A stretch of 64,000 nucleotides of DNA from Antedon mediterranea (taxonomy: Eukaryota > Animalia > Echinodermata). The notes beneath the pieces are model-generated. The model searched no databases, had not been told where the DNA came from, and was given only the letters and a program-made list of their open reading frames with translations. Location: NCBI RefSeq assembly GCF_964355755.1, contig NC_092677.1:9508101-9572100 (forward strand). Direction: 5' to 3'. Below, one piece after another: positions 26,212 through 41,700 of the stretch. Each line of letters begins with the position of its first letter. Position 1 is the stretch's first letter. The position numbers and the translations under genes were made by a program.

Positions 26212-26785
26212 GTTCATTAATATCCATACTTATGTTACGCATGTTTTACAAAAATGAGAAAAGGAATGGTTCATATAGCCTAGCCATTGCTGGAATTAGA
26301 CTATGTTCAAGTGCAAAAAAAGTGCATATGAAAACATTGTAGTGTGAAGTTGTATACATAAAATCACCATTGTCGGTTATTGTGTATATAGGTCAGGGGT
26401 CAACATGAATGAATGCAACTGGTATCTTTGTCCATCTCCAATAAAATGTGTTGGTATCCAGGTATAATTACTGGGTAGTCTGAATCAAAGGTTACAACTC
26501 TGAGACAACAAGTTCATGTACATCAACTGTCCCAGAAATATATCCATCATTTAGAAGTTCTGTTTTGGCAGTACAACATTAAGTACTTTAACATTATTGG
26601 GTTGTATTATTGCCAGCAATACATAAGTATCATATCATACACAACTGGATAGATTTTTCATTTACAGTGTATGAATTTACATGAATAAATAAATCACTGG
26701 AAAAAACACTTTTTCAACAAGTGAAGATTTCAACAAATTTATGTTAGTATTGTAAAAATCAAATGTGGATGTCTACCGGTAGTCT

Positions 26786-29700
26786 TCAGCGGGTGAATGA
26801 TCGTTGATGACGGTCTCGTCCTCCCTGTCGGTTGTATCCAGCTCGTGATCGCGGTGGAGGAAACCTGTATTTAAAATAAAAAACAAAATCTTTCAGAATC
26901 CAGGATTTAAATAATGATTTTTTCTAATGTTATACAAAACTTTTCAAATCTTTTTTCTTTCCTTCAAACAATACAATAAACAATATGCATTTGAGTAGAA
27001 TAAATGCAAAATAGCGGTTTATCTAAAAAAAAAATGACATACCTTCCGTGATCTGCTTTGCTCCCTTGTGTCGACCAGTGCGCTGGCCGAAAACCTCCTC
27101 TTCCTCTAGTGTTTGGTCTTCGCTGACTTGGGCCACCTCTACTTGGGCCTAAGCCACGCATACTACCTCTAGGCCCACCACGTATGTAAGGATTGTCTCG
27201 TCCTCTCCCTCCTGCTCTTGGTAGGGGCCTACTATCTTGCCTGCTATCAGGTCTGTGGAAAGACATAAATTATGTGTTTAATTATTATATAATGGTATTG
27301 TTCTTGGTCTTTAATTGGATAAGAAAGTTTATGAAATGCAAATCCTTATCAATCAAAAATACATCCTTACCTCCTATGAGGAAATCCCCTTCCTGGACCA
27401 GAAGAACCACGCCTTTCCCACTGACCACGCCCTGAACTCGGCCTTTGTGAACTGTCTGTAAAAAATAAATAATATAAAAACTACAATATTTTGTATATAC
27501 TACATTACAAAATATAATTGAGCAGTGTTTATTTGATAATAACTATTGTATATTATTTCCAATAATTGTATTATGTATTTGTGGAAAAGAAATTGTGGAG
27601 CATCAAATGTCATCTTTTACACTTACTTCTGTCACCCATTTCTCTTCTTCCGCTATAGCTACTCCCACTTGGTCCATTCCATGGACGACTGCCTTGAAAA
27701 CCGCCCCTAGACCCTCCCATAAATCCACGCCCATTTCTACCAGTAGGTGGTCCCTGCAATTGAATTAAATATTTTTTAATGCATACATTATTAATTTATT
27801 AATTTTTAATTGGTATTTTAACTAGAAATATAAATTGGAGCAAAGACTACCTTATTTGGTCTCTTGTGATCTGGCTCTTGCTCCATGGCAATAAAATCAT
27901 CAACATGCATAGAGGGCGGTCTGCTGGTGTTTTGAGGACGTTGTCTGAAAGTATCGTACGGCCTTCGTCCATAGGAATTACCACGTGTCATTCCTGTATT
28001 GAATTTATTTCAAATGCTTTAGTTTGTTTCTTTTAATTTTTACTTTACATAATGTAAAAAAATAATGATAGAGTAATATACAGAGAATAGAAAATGATTA
28101 TGTTTTACCATGAGATCTTTTGATAGCACCACCGGATTTATTCATACCGCCTGTTACCAGAGGAACTCGACGTCTAGATCTATAAAAAGAAAAAAGTGAA
28201 GATAACTACATTGAAAACGACTCAACAGTATAAAAAGTTATTTCGGATATTATTGATGAGATTGTCAAAACTGAAATAGATAAATTACCTTGTTGATTTT
28301 TTCTTTAATTTAATCGTGTCGGTGCTACCACGATCAAGCTCAGCTTTCAAATCAAACGTTGGGATACATGCAGCACGTAGTTCTTCTAAATCACAAGGCA
28401 CCTGAAATAAAGATAAAATAACTTTTATAATCCATATGTAGATTTGTGTTGTTTCTTTATATAACCTCAATGTATCATGATTGGTAAAAAGGCAGTTGTA
28501 GAATAACAACTTTTAGTTTTTTATTTGTTGTATGATTAGTTCATTTTGATCCCATTGGGACAGAGCGACAACACAGCGATTCAATTTTACTGGTTGTATG
28601 ATTAGTTCATTTTGATCCCATTGGGACAGGGCGACAACACAGCGATTCAATTTTACAGTTGTAGAATATAGTGATAAACAGCAAGGGGTTGAAATGGACC
28701 ACAACACCAAGGTAACTCCCTACTCTTTCCAAAAGATGTACTGGGTTCCTTTAAATGCACACAAGTGTAGGCTGTTTTAAGTAATTATCCAAGACTTGTT
28801 CTACGTCCAGAACTATGGTCAAGAAGTACCTTGGAACTGTGGTTTGCAGTTTCCCTCTCTAAACCGCTCGGCCACTTGATTTGATTATATTGTTACTCTA
28901 TTTCACCACTCAATTACTTACTAATTCAGGTTCAATCTCCCCTTCATCCATACCAGGTACTCCGATCCAATACGATGGGCTCCAGCGATCGTCATCGACA
29001 TCACCGACAACATACACAACACGCAAGTTCATCTGCTCGGTTAGACTCATTTGTGGAGGCAGTGTAATTTCACCAAGATCATTGCATTTCAACAGATCTT
29101 CAGTCTCTGTAAGGGTCTGTGATAGGGTAGCAATTGTCTCTAATAAACTTTCAAGAGTGAGGTCTTCCTTACAACAATCCTGTGTATAAGAAAAATCAGA
29201 AATGAAATAAATTAATTAAGAGCTCAGAAATATATAACATATATATAACATATATTATCACCATAATAGGACATATAAATAAGAAAAACTTTATTAAATA
29301 AAAAATGCTGTTGGTTGGAGTGTAGTCTGAATTGGGTTGTAGTATACATATACCACCTTGCAAATTGAACTCAGAATTGCTGGCAGTGGGCCTATTTCAA
29401 CTAATGCACAGGTGTATAGCATCAACCCTATGAAGGGCATCTTGTGCCAAAGAACACCCTGCAAAGCCTGTTTCTGGTATCCCACAAGCACATTAGTGCC
29501 TCACCCTGCTAGGGTGTAATACTGCCTCTGTCTCAGACCTTCCCAAGGGCCAAGGTAAGCAATAAATGCTCATTTGTAACCCCTATTGCAAGCATCCAAC
29601 CAACTTGTACTACACCCTCAACTATGATGCCAATATATATCACTGATTTCAAGAAATCTTTTTAAATTGGTGTTAAGTTTAACAGAACATTTTTTGGGTA

Positions 29701-32700
29701 TTTAAAAATTTACAAAAAAACACTATTCTGGTTTTGTTTCGAATGAATTACAGGCAAATTTATCTGTTTGTATACCATATACTGAAATAATGATTAAATA
29801 ATGAATTATGTCATCTTACTATATCTAATGAATATTCATAATAATTCATTAGCATAAAATAAAATTACCTATATTTAAATGACAATACATTATTCATCAT
29901 ATGAATACAATAAAAATCACTATTTAATTAAATTTTCTCTTTTAAATATTTCATGAATAATAATTTTGTTATCATTAGTTGAAAATTATCATTTGCATAA
30001 ATTTGCATTTAAACAAATGACATACCTCCAATGTTTTCTCCAAGGTTAGCAGGGGATGATCATTAGCATCCCAACGGAGCCATTCTCTTATTTTCTCCAC
30101 ACTCATGGTGTAAGTACGGTATGTTCCAGGTTCAACTTTGACCTCAGAATCTGTAGCTGGAGTGTCGCTGGTCAGAAGTAACTGTATAAAGTCAACACTG
30201 GTAGACAGTGTTGAAAGGCAGTCTGAACTTTCACGGTTGAATGAAGATTGTATTCGCATAAACAAGCAGTGCAGAGCAGTAGGATTGCGTTCTATAGCAC
30301 TTTTAATACAATAAAAAAAATGTTTAGTAATATTTGACAGCCTCCCTAAATAAATTTGAGGTGGGGTTAAGACTAAAATTGGCTTATACTTCACAGGAAA
30401 TTGGAAATACCCATATCTATTATTGTATAAGCCAATTTTAGGGGCAGTATAGTTATTAAACCAACAGCCAACTCTGTTGATACCTTTATTACGGACCATT
30501 GTTATGTCCCAAAGGGGGTTAACTATAATACAGGTGCTACTGTTAATGACGTGTTATGGTTATTTAGGCACAGAGTATAATTGGATTACATTCAAAATAT
30601 ATACCTCTTCACATGACAGAACCCATAATCATGGTCTAAAAGCATGCTCAAATGTCGTAATGCTAGTAAAATGGATGCATATGATTGGTCTGGACTGCTC
30701 ACATGATCCAACATAGCTGTGCACATAGCTTCCATATGCTCCTTACATGGAAGGCTGTTGGCCAGCTGGTCTGACAGTGGAATGGTATCATTGAGTTGAA
30801 GTGACACTTCTGGCCCACAAAGAACTTGCTCAATTGCCTAAATAATCAAAACAATGGAATACTGTAGTAATATTGGAACATTTCTGAAAATTTAAAAACA
30901 GAATTTGTCCAAAAGGCTCTAAAATTAAAATTATTTTTAAAAATTTCTGTTGTTGAATATGCCATTTTAATGTCACATAATAGTCAGTTTGAACAAAAAC
31001 AGGATCGAAATATAACCCAAATTTTCTCTGGAAAAATGTAATTTAAAGCAATATATATATATTGTCTGTCAGACAATGGTTTTTGGTTAAAATTAACAGT
31101 AACATAAGTGATTAATTTTATTAAAGTGCAAAATCTGAATTTATTAATCTTTATTTTTCATGTTTTTGGGGACAATACATCTTTCATATTACAATATTGT
31201 GAAAACTGGACTTTCTGGTAAACCATATAGTGTTCTGAAGAGGTCACTGACCCTGCTTACCATTATGCACTCCTGAGCTTGAAGGTGAGAGGTTGAATCA
31301 TGGACTACATTTAACAAAGTTAGCATTCGTGGAAGAATAGCAAAATATGGTTCTTTGGATTTACTACCACTTGTACTGCTAAAATAAAGGCAAAAATTAT
31401 AATGTATTAACTTTCAAAGAAGATGATTAATATACAATGGATGATGAAAGAAGAGGCAGAGTTAAAATATAACCTTTTATCATTCACCAAATGCCATTGC
31501 CATTCAATAGTGCGCACAATTGCCCACAATCTTCCAATCAAAGGACAGGAATTTATTTAGGTGTTATATACAAAGTATAATTTGTCAATATGTAGTACCT
31601 GAATCTGCCACTAAAATTCCAACAATATTTTCATATAACATACCTTGTTTTCAGCATGTGCAAAAACGCGACTTTGATGGAAGGTTGAGCGACAAGGTAA
31701 CTTAATAGGTTGAGTATGTGTACCGTGTTTGATCCACAGGGCCGCTCTTTACCATCTTCATCACAATCGCTTACAGAATCGTGTAAAGCTGTCAGAACAG
31801 CCCTAAATAATGTAAAAAAAACAGTTTTGAAAAATGGTTATATTTATTTATATTTTTATTTCCACATACACCACCCACAATGCATGTACATGGAGAATGC
31901 ATATTTTAAGATCTGTGTGGTTACCTTCGTTGTTTAATATCATAATATACTTATTTATTTACTGGTATAATTTTGGACTTACTGGACAACAAGCAAGGCT
32001 GTTGGTGCAGCCAGATCACCAAGTTGCATACATACTCTTCGAAGAGATTGCTGAAGAGGTAAACAACTGCTATCTAAAAATAGAAATACAAATTAGAAAA
32101 ACAAATTGTTAGAGTTTTCTTTTAAAGGAAGTTTGGTAAACTTATTTTAATTATTAATAATTTATACCAGGTCACCTCATCAGTAAAAGATTGGTCTTCC
32201 AGGGGGCACAGGTATGAGTGGCTGTGTCTGACAGTGTTTACCAGTACACTGGGGTAACCCCATACTCATCTCGAAAATATACCAGGTGCTTTAAAGTGCA
32301 CATGAGCTAGATAAGTAAACTGGACATACAGTTTATAGTCTTTATCCAAGAAGACTACTTCTACCACCAGAACCATGGAGCAAGTGGGCCTTGAACTCTT
32401 GCTGATGTTATGGTTACGTAATTACGGTTTCACTGCCTTAACCGATATTCCGCTCACTCTCTCCCCATCAAGGTATCCTGTTTATAGTTTTTAAACTACT
32501 GTATCAATATAATCTCCTATATACTGTTAAAACACCAACACATGGTAAAGAATTTAGCAAGTTAAAGATATCTTACTTGATACGTCTTTGATTATTTTCT
32601 GTATGTCTTCGCTAAAACAATGTAGATAACAGCTCCATAATTTACGTTGAATCAAGGCCTCATTTGCTTCATCTTTGGTTAAATTCTGAAAGAAATAATA

Positions 32701-35700
32701 TAATATATATTAACATAGCCTCCACTGTAATGATATGTCTAGTAGTTGAATGAAACTTAAAAGAGTTGTAAGAGCAAGGGTAAAGAGAATGGAAAGAACA
32801 TGAAAATGTTACATATTAAATCATGTTAAAACTTTAGAAGGTGCTATACTAGTACTTTATACTTACTTCCTGAGTTTGGATAGGTAGAGGTAATGGCAAC
32901 ATCTCTGAGAAGACAGTTAAACCACCAATGAAACTAAGAGGTGATAGTGGAATGTAGTTAAGAAGTTCCTTAAGCATCAAGCCCCAAGAACTGGAAATCA
33001 TTGCTGGAAAAAAAAAATAGATTGTTTACTTGGTGGTCCTTTATAAGCACTAGTCTTAAAGGAACCAATCTTATTAGGTGACACAAAGAATACTGCTTAT
33101 AACCAAACAATTTTATGCATTGAATTTGAACTATTATTTAAAATACAAGTAGATTATTATTATTATAGGGACCATTGTTTAGAACATGATATATAATGAA
33201 AATGTTATCCATTATAAATAATAAATCTACTTCTTCAATATACATTCACTCATAGACTATCTTATAACCAACTTACCTTCCTCTCTGATTGGTTGATCAG
33301 CGACGCATGATGTAAATGTTAGTAGGATATCCTGAATGTTGGACAACATGAGTTGAATGTCGTTGCTAACAACACCAGATGTAGCAGTCGAGCAGTGGAG
33401 AGCAGAAGACAGAGTCAACAGGTTTGTTACTAAGCGCTCATTACGGAACTAGAATGATGAGTCAAGGAGAGATAAACAACTTTTATTCAATAATTAATCA
33501 CAGATATTGCATCACATAAATTATTATTGGTTAACTAGGCACAATATCTAAATAGAGTGTAAAATTAAAACATACCTCAATAGAACTACTGCTCAGCAGA
33601 TCCGTAACCATTCTATGAATCAATTTCAAAAGAGGTGACACCATCGCTTCAAGGATGTATGCACCCAAGCAGTTTCCTCCTTGACTTACTTGCCAAGGAC
33701 GCAAAAACAAATCACCAATTACCTATAACATTACATTTTCATAGATTCAAAAATGTCAACCAGTGGTTTGTTTGGTGTAAGATTTTGTTTATGTAGATAA
33801 TGGTTACATTATTTTATTAAACATACCACTGTGGCACAGTTCTTTTATTTTATAAAATTAAAAACTTATTTATTGAGGGTGACCCAAACAGGAAATGCTG
33901 ACAAACAAACCGATCCCTAACAGTGGCGTAACGACTATGAGTGCTCACTGGCTAAACCCAGGGGCCCCAGAGCCTAAGGAGGTCCAGAGCATGAATAGCC
34001 CAATGCACCTACTCACTGTTAGAGGGTCTCTTTGTCTGTCACGTTTTTAATACACCATTGGCCCTTCACATAAAGAAACTACATACCTTCAGTAGGTCAA
34101 TGAATATGTTCATGGCGTCAGCTGAAAAAAGCTGAATTGTAGCAAGTTTGTAACGGAGATCTTTTTGTTGTTCTGCAAGAATAAAATACAATGAAGAAAT
34201 GAAAAGCTTTTAAAGATTTGAAGGTGGTACTACTATAATAATTATTATTTATATATATTATGTAAATAATCCAAAAATCAAATATAGTGAAATATAGTGC
34301 TTGAAGAAGGAAATCTACTACCAAAATGTGGCTCATAAAATTGGTTCTTTTTTGGAGACATCTGTATTCAAAAGCATGTACATTTGTAGTCATAACTTTC
34401 AACTAATTTGAGCAATTGTATGTCAACATGACTTTGCTTTTGGACAAATAAAATGAACTATATAACTATCACATTTACCTCCATTTTTCATGTCAACTGG
34501 AGGACATGCAAAATATTTGAGCACTCGAAGGCTAGTGACTAATCCTGGGCCTGATCCTGGCAAATCTGCAGACAGCGAAGCAGAATTCTTCTGAACGTAC
34601 TCTACCAATGTTTTGATACTGTTCAGATCATAGGAAATGCCTTTAACTGGCTCTAACCACTTGGTAAATCCTGTTTAAATAAAGTATAGAAAATTGAATT
34701 TAGACAATTGGTACCTTTCCCAGGTCAATACCATGACTAATCATCTCCTACTAAAGGTTAGTTAAATATCATCCCTCTTATTACCAGTTTTGTGACATAA
34801 AACAGTTTAATTTAACAACAGTTTTCACTTCTGATTCTTTTTATTATTACTATGTTCATTATTGGTTGTATATTTATTATGTTTCTGCCTCTGTATTTTT
34901 CTCTATTGCTTATATTTATCGTCTTTTTGTGACATAACATAACATAAATCTCTTTTATTCATCTCATTAACAAACAATAACAAGCGAGGAGTAAAACATA
35001 TTTTAAAAGATGAAAGGGACCTCCAAGAAACCCCAAGGGGCTTGTGATAGGAGGCCCACTAAAAACTAGTTACATTAATTAAGATACCGCAAAATGAATA
35101 AATAAATACAGGGGACGCGCATTATTATTTGTGAAAATAATGATATTATTATCATTAAAATCATTTTTGTAAAAACTTTTAGAGATAATGTATGCATATT
35201 CAAATAATAATTTGACCAAGCTATCTCAACATCCTAACTTTACAGAAAGTCAATGGAAATTGCTATCAAACATAGTGACATATGATTGGCTTGTCAGTCA
35301 GTTGCTTTCAGTAAGTTTTAGTAAAGAACACTAAAGGATTATAATTCATTCTGATCTGTTAATGCTATTACCATTCTCTTCTGCAGAACAGTTGATAATT
35401 CTTGTAGAATAGTTCTTCAATATGGTGACATCATCAAGGTACTGCAGTACACATTGCAGTAGATGTGATGCGTAACCATAGGAAACAGAAATTTGTATTT
35501 TATGATTAACTTCTAGTTCATCACCTAAATCAAACATAAATAAACCAATATATTTATTCATTTAACACATTACAATTGAATAATGAAAAAGGTAATGATG
35601 AGGGAAGTAATGATTATGATAATAATGTTATTGCTGGTACCGGTAGTCACAATGATAGATAGTTTTAGTGATGAAAATTTAAACTAAAAAACAGCAAAAT

Positions 35701-38700
35701 ATCTTTCCTTACCTGGAAACTCTAAGAAGGGCAATAAGTAATCCAAATGTGTGTCTAGGCCAAACACAGAAGCTAGACAACTTTTGCCTGTAGGGGAAAA
35801 CATCATTGTGTAGGCTGTTCCAAGTATCTCGGCTGCCTCCTCTCTCTCATTTCCACCCACAGACTCGCAACCATCAATAAGACCTTTTAACTTATCTACA
35901 TATTGCATCACTTGAAGGCTTTGTAAAAGTTGTAAGCCTAGGTTGCAAGACTCGTTTGATTCTTGAGTGTCATCGTCGTAGGTGTTGGTTAAGGCTTGGA
36001 TGATGGCTTTAGACGTATTGCAGTTTAAAGAGAAAAACTGGAGACCTAGAAAATTTTTGAAACATCAAATTAACTTAACTTTAAATATTAATGGAATACT
36101 AAAACTATTGATAATTTATAAGCTAGACAAAGGTTTTAACCTACCACTATGAGAAGCCATTAAAGACTGCATTAAGTCCCTAATTCCATCAAAAATTCCA
36201 TCATGAGTGCTGGTTGGAGGTGACACCAGTAACATCTGAACACTTTCAAGCAACTTACTAAAAAATAAATTTAAACAAATTTAAAAGTCTGGAACACAAA
36301 TTTATTGATTGGGTGGAAATTGAAATCGTCTTATTAAGAAGATACAAACCAGTTTTGGAATAGGTGAAAGAGCATTGGTCCAGGATCAGCAGTTGAGACT
36401 TCATCAGTCAACTTCACTGTCGTTGGGAATGATTTGATTGATGGTTGAACCTGAAAAAGACAAGAAATATATACAGAAAGTCAATAAACAATAACTGCTA
36501 CCATCGTAATACACTAAACTGCTGTGACCCTGACAGGGAAAATATGGCCAAAATTAGGATTATGTGGATGGTAAAGCTAAATGAATATTTGTAACTTTTC
36601 TAGCAGAAAGAAGCGACATCAAGGCAATCGAACAACATGATGCTGAGTTCCGGAGATGAAAAGGTTTAGGCTGAGTAACGATCAGTTCCATGCCCCTTAA
36701 GACACAGCAGAGAATATTTACATAGGACAGTACTGTTGGTATTTGTCGAAGCCAGACGTAAGATCAAAGGACTGTTACAAGTTCCTATCTTGGCAAGGCG
36801 AGCTCAGTGTCTTGTTCTTAGATTGCCTTGGTAACATTAACACCTTCTTACCAGTTTAAAAGAAGCCGTTCTGATAGTCTCCACTATCTGCTCGATACAA
36901 TCAGCAGCTGATTCAATGTCTTCCACCAGAGATGATGATGCTGGTTGGAAAGAGGGTTCTGCTGGTGCAATTCCTTCAGTTTCCATCCTCTGTGGAGGTG
37001 GTGTTTCTCTTGATGCCTCTGAAGAATCATCCTTGGTTGTACTTTTCTCTTCAGTGATTGTTTCCAAGTCGGTTGGTGGTGATGAATCAATTATGCTAAA
37101 TAATCAATCAATATTAATCAATCAATCAATAACAATAACCAATCAATATCATATATAAATCATACAAGCCCATATTATATATAAATCCATATTAATACAT
37201 TATGATGAATGCTTTGCACATACGGTTTATGAAAACATTCACAGTTTTGTAACTTTACCTTTGTGTAACAAGTCTTAACCTGCTAAGCACTTCGTATGCA
37301 TGGACCTTCTGTACAAGGGCAGTTGTAGCTTTCATTACTCGAACAGCTTGTTTTGAAAGCAGTAAGCCAAGAAGCATCTGGTACCCTGAGCTTTCAGGCT
37401 CATCACGTCTCCTCCGCTTAGGCGAGGGTGGCCCATCATCTTTGGTGGAAGACGAGGTCAGAAGGAATTCTAGGCCTGTCTGCCAATTGGTCAAACTGTC
37501 CAGGGCTTTAAGAGCCATTAGTTTTAAGGATGATGCCATGTGGTCAGCAAAAAGTAATTCAAGAAGACGTTTGACTGCATTTTTATCCTAAAGAGTAACA
37601 TTCAAAACAGTAAATTTGTGCTCTTACAACCAAGTGATCAGCATTGGTACCTTTAATATTATTGACCAATAAATCAAGTGGTCGAGCGGTCAAGATAGGG
37701 GCACCATAAACAACAGCCATGATATCGGAACAGACACACATCGATCATAGTTCTGGTGTCTATACAAGCCGAAATAGCATTCTAAAAACCAAACTTTTCA
37801 GATACCCAGACATTTTTGAATGTCAGTTTTTAGAAGAGGTTACTGTATAACTACAGACATTCTACGTAAATTGACATCAACCAGCTACAAAAATAATCCT
37901 TACAATAAATTTCTCTGTCAGCTGTATATCAGCAACTGCCACAGCAGCAACGATCTTCATTCCTACTTTCAGTTGCCTTGTATTAACGGCTAATGTCTGT
38001 GACAAAGCCACACTCAAGTCCAGTGCTTTTATTGACCAGTCCATTATAATGTCTACTTGTTGTTCATCTAAGTAAGCAAGCCATGGTATCACCAGAGGCT
38101 GTAGTTCCTCTAATGTACTAACCCACCTACAACAAAAAAAACAAATATAAATCAATGAATGGAAAACACTTTAATGAAGGATAACACAGTACTACAAAAC
38201 ATGCTCCTTAAAAAACTACTACAGTAATTCAAAATAGAAACTCATAAAGACTACTACTGTAGTACAATTGTGGTAAAAAGTGGTTTTTAATTGGAGGTAG
38301 GAAATTACCCCTCTGAAAAAATCTTTTTTTTTCAAATTGATTAGGAACTAAATAATTTTAACTTTTAATCAGTTTATTCATAAAATATCCTTAATTAAAA
38401 TGATAAATATTTTTAGCCGTGCAGATAGTTACATACTTAGATCCATAGTCATCTTCACTTTGACCTCTAATCAGGTCATTCAATTTTGTAACTTCATCTG
38501 GAACATTGTCATCAGAAGGCGTCGTTTGCAACTTAGCTTTTAATGTCTGGAATGGTGTGTTGTATGGAGCAGCAAAATTCTATGATAAAACACATTAATA
38601 GAGTAAGATCGATTATTCTGTTTGGGCTTATTACTTGCTCCTGGTAAACTACTGTATGAACACTTTTTTAACCTTAATAATAAGTGAATAAATATTTGAA

Positions 38701-41700
38701 TTTCATTGATTGACAATATATCCAGGAATATTAATTAAGCTAAAAGCAAAAAAAGTTAGTGCCTGTATGCACATGTAGACATTCTAGGGACACAAGCTTT
38801 TTAACTTTATGCCAAAGTTCAAAAGTTGAATAACATTTGACCAAAGGGTAATCCATATTCATATACCTCAAGTGGTTTGATAAGTGCTAGAACCTCAAAT
38901 GGGTCATAGATTCCTATGGTGTTCCAGCCTTCATCATCAGCAATCTGCTCTGGGTCAAAATCATCCTGTTTACAACAAAAGGTAGATAACTGGTTTATGA
39001 AATGTTATAAATTATATACATATTGAACAAAAATGAGAAAAGCCACCCAAAGAACCTTGTGTGCCGTAGTTCTGGGTTTTAAGATATTGACCACATAAGC
39101 ATAAAGTGTATTTCCACTCAATTCTCAATTAATATTAGCTTTTAACAATGTTCATATTAAATTCAAAATAATTTTGGTACATAAAGATTCTTACATCTTC
39201 CATTAAGTTTTCAAGTTCTTGTTCGTCTAAAACCTCTTCATCACTAACAATCTCTTCATAGGCATGCTCAATGACTTCTGGCGGTTCTTCTTCATCAAAG
39301 CCTTGAGTCACTGTGAAAATAATAAATCAAATTTGTTTCAAAATAATATCAATAATATGTCTATACAATACAGAATACATAACTTAGATTTAAATACATT
39401 AACTGTGGTCCTAACATTGGAAAGTTCAATATTGTGAAGAATGCATCTCATGCGATTTCCAGGCATGGTAAAAGGGGGAAAATGCGTTTAACAAGCTAGC
39501 TGCCTTCTAATAATAAGGTGTACATTTTTGGGATGGTTTTTTAATATCTAAAAAGAAAAAATTGCACCTTAGTGGGGAGACAGGCAGATTACTTAATATA
39601 TCTGGAACCTTTCACGATAATCAGGAAGCTTTGTGGTTTCATGGAAAAGAAAAATTATTATTTTCCAGTACAGATTTGTAATAAACAAAAGTTCATCACA
39701 TACCATCAGGAATGTCACTTGTTGAAAGATTTTTACGATTTATTGGAGACTGCTCAGGAGTAAGCGGTTCAAAGAGTTCTCCTTGATCTTCTCCTTCCAG
39801 ATCTTGAACATCAACCGATGATTCTGTACTGACTTCTGTCTTTTCTACATCCAAAGATGGATGTGACATACTGTAATTATCCGGAGCATCGATATCAGGG
39901 GGCGTGTGGGGTCCAGAAGGTTCCCCCGGAGGAGTCCTTGGCCCCCTGTGTTTTCGATGCTCTTCCCAATGATGTCCATGTCTGTCGTCCTCTCCCCAAT
40001 CACTAGTTTCTCGTGGTTCCCATGTATCAATGCTTTTCCAGTCTTCAACTTCCTCATTCCAGGTAGCTTTCCAATGTCCAGATGGAGGTTCTTCAATGGG
40101 TTTTTGCTCTTTCCACTGTTGTCTACTATCCTCAACATCCCAGGAGGTCTCGGGTGGTGCAACTTTAGGCCGCCATTCCTCAACTAACTCCTGACCATGG
40201 GGAGGTGTCTTTGGACCTCTCTTTGCATCTTTACCAAAGGCTATTATTTTTTGCTCTTCTTCCGTCATTCTTGGGATCTCCTCTTCTAATTGTATTGCCT
40301 CATCTGTTACCTTCTTTTCCCTCACTTTATCATCTAAAATTATAAATAAATATTTGACTAGTATACTACAGTTGAAGAAGATATATTTACCATTAAAGAA
40401 CTGTCTGAACCTCACCTGTTCTCTTTGAATGCGACTGCTGCTTTGGTGGAGGTGGGGGAGGTGGTGGAGGCGACTCTGACCGCCTATTCTGCATAGTTCC
40501 AAAGACAGCCAAAGTCACACTTGCATACCGGCCACGAACGACAAGTCCATCTGTGGGCAACTGAAAAAAGAGAGTTATACAGAGTGACTAAAGAAATTAA
40601 GATGCATAGATTGGGAAATTAACCGAACTATATTGATTTAAGGGTAGAACAGAAGTTTGTACTGAGCCTTATATGCATGTAGTATTATAAACCAAATGTT
40701 GTACCTTTGTTTTTGGTACTAGCTGTATTTCCCCACTGTCCTGATAATGGAATGACCCAATACGTTCAAACACAGCAGCTCCATGGTTGTTTAGATTGTT
40801 GGCGAAAAATTCTAAAGAAAATCCACCAGGCTGTGTCTGGCTGTAACATAAAAAAAAAGGAATGGGGTAAATATTGTAATTTGTAACTTATGCATCCTTA
40901 TTTATTAGGTTATATGCATGATATGCATATAACCTCTTGATTCTGTCAAAATCTTTATTTATTTATTTATTTATTTATTTATTCTTTCCTTAGCACTATT
41001 TGTCCGTGAATTATCTTGGCATCAGTTTCATCTATCTAAGTCAATTTTTCAGAGTATATTCCTTATGGCCAGGAATCGATGTGGTTATGTTTTCACGATG
41101 CGCAATCAAAAATTACGCGGTCTACGCGCGATTTAACGAAATCACGTTTGTAATCATATCTTCACAAACAAGAATCACTTTTAAACAAAATTTGGTACTC
41201 ATAAATTTCAGGTCATATTTCATCATATGGCAATACAATTACGTGCGTAGCGCATATAACGCATGCGTACGCGCGCTTAAAATGTTGAAAATTGTCAGAA
41301 TTTATTTTCGATGAAATTAGAGTACGTTTCAGGCAATTTTAAGCGTTTAAAAAATTGCCATGAGTGCGCAGATTTTTGCACGCGCACTGCGCGTCAAACG
41401 TTAATGCGCACTGTTTGTGTCCGATTACTGTTGTATAACCTTTCTTTAATAATATCATCATATTTTATTCACTTTTCAACGCGAAACAGCGTTATACGAG
41501 CACGTCAAAAGTGACGGGCTACGCACGTGTAAGTTAACAAAATGGTGAAAATATGCTAAATTTTAAAATTAATATATATCGTTAGAATGCTCGGGAACAC
41601 GTATTTTTTATTTAATTTTCTTGAAGTGTATATATCATATGTATGATTTGTTATGAAATTAGAAGAACAAAAGTTGATTAAGTCATCATTAATGGCACAT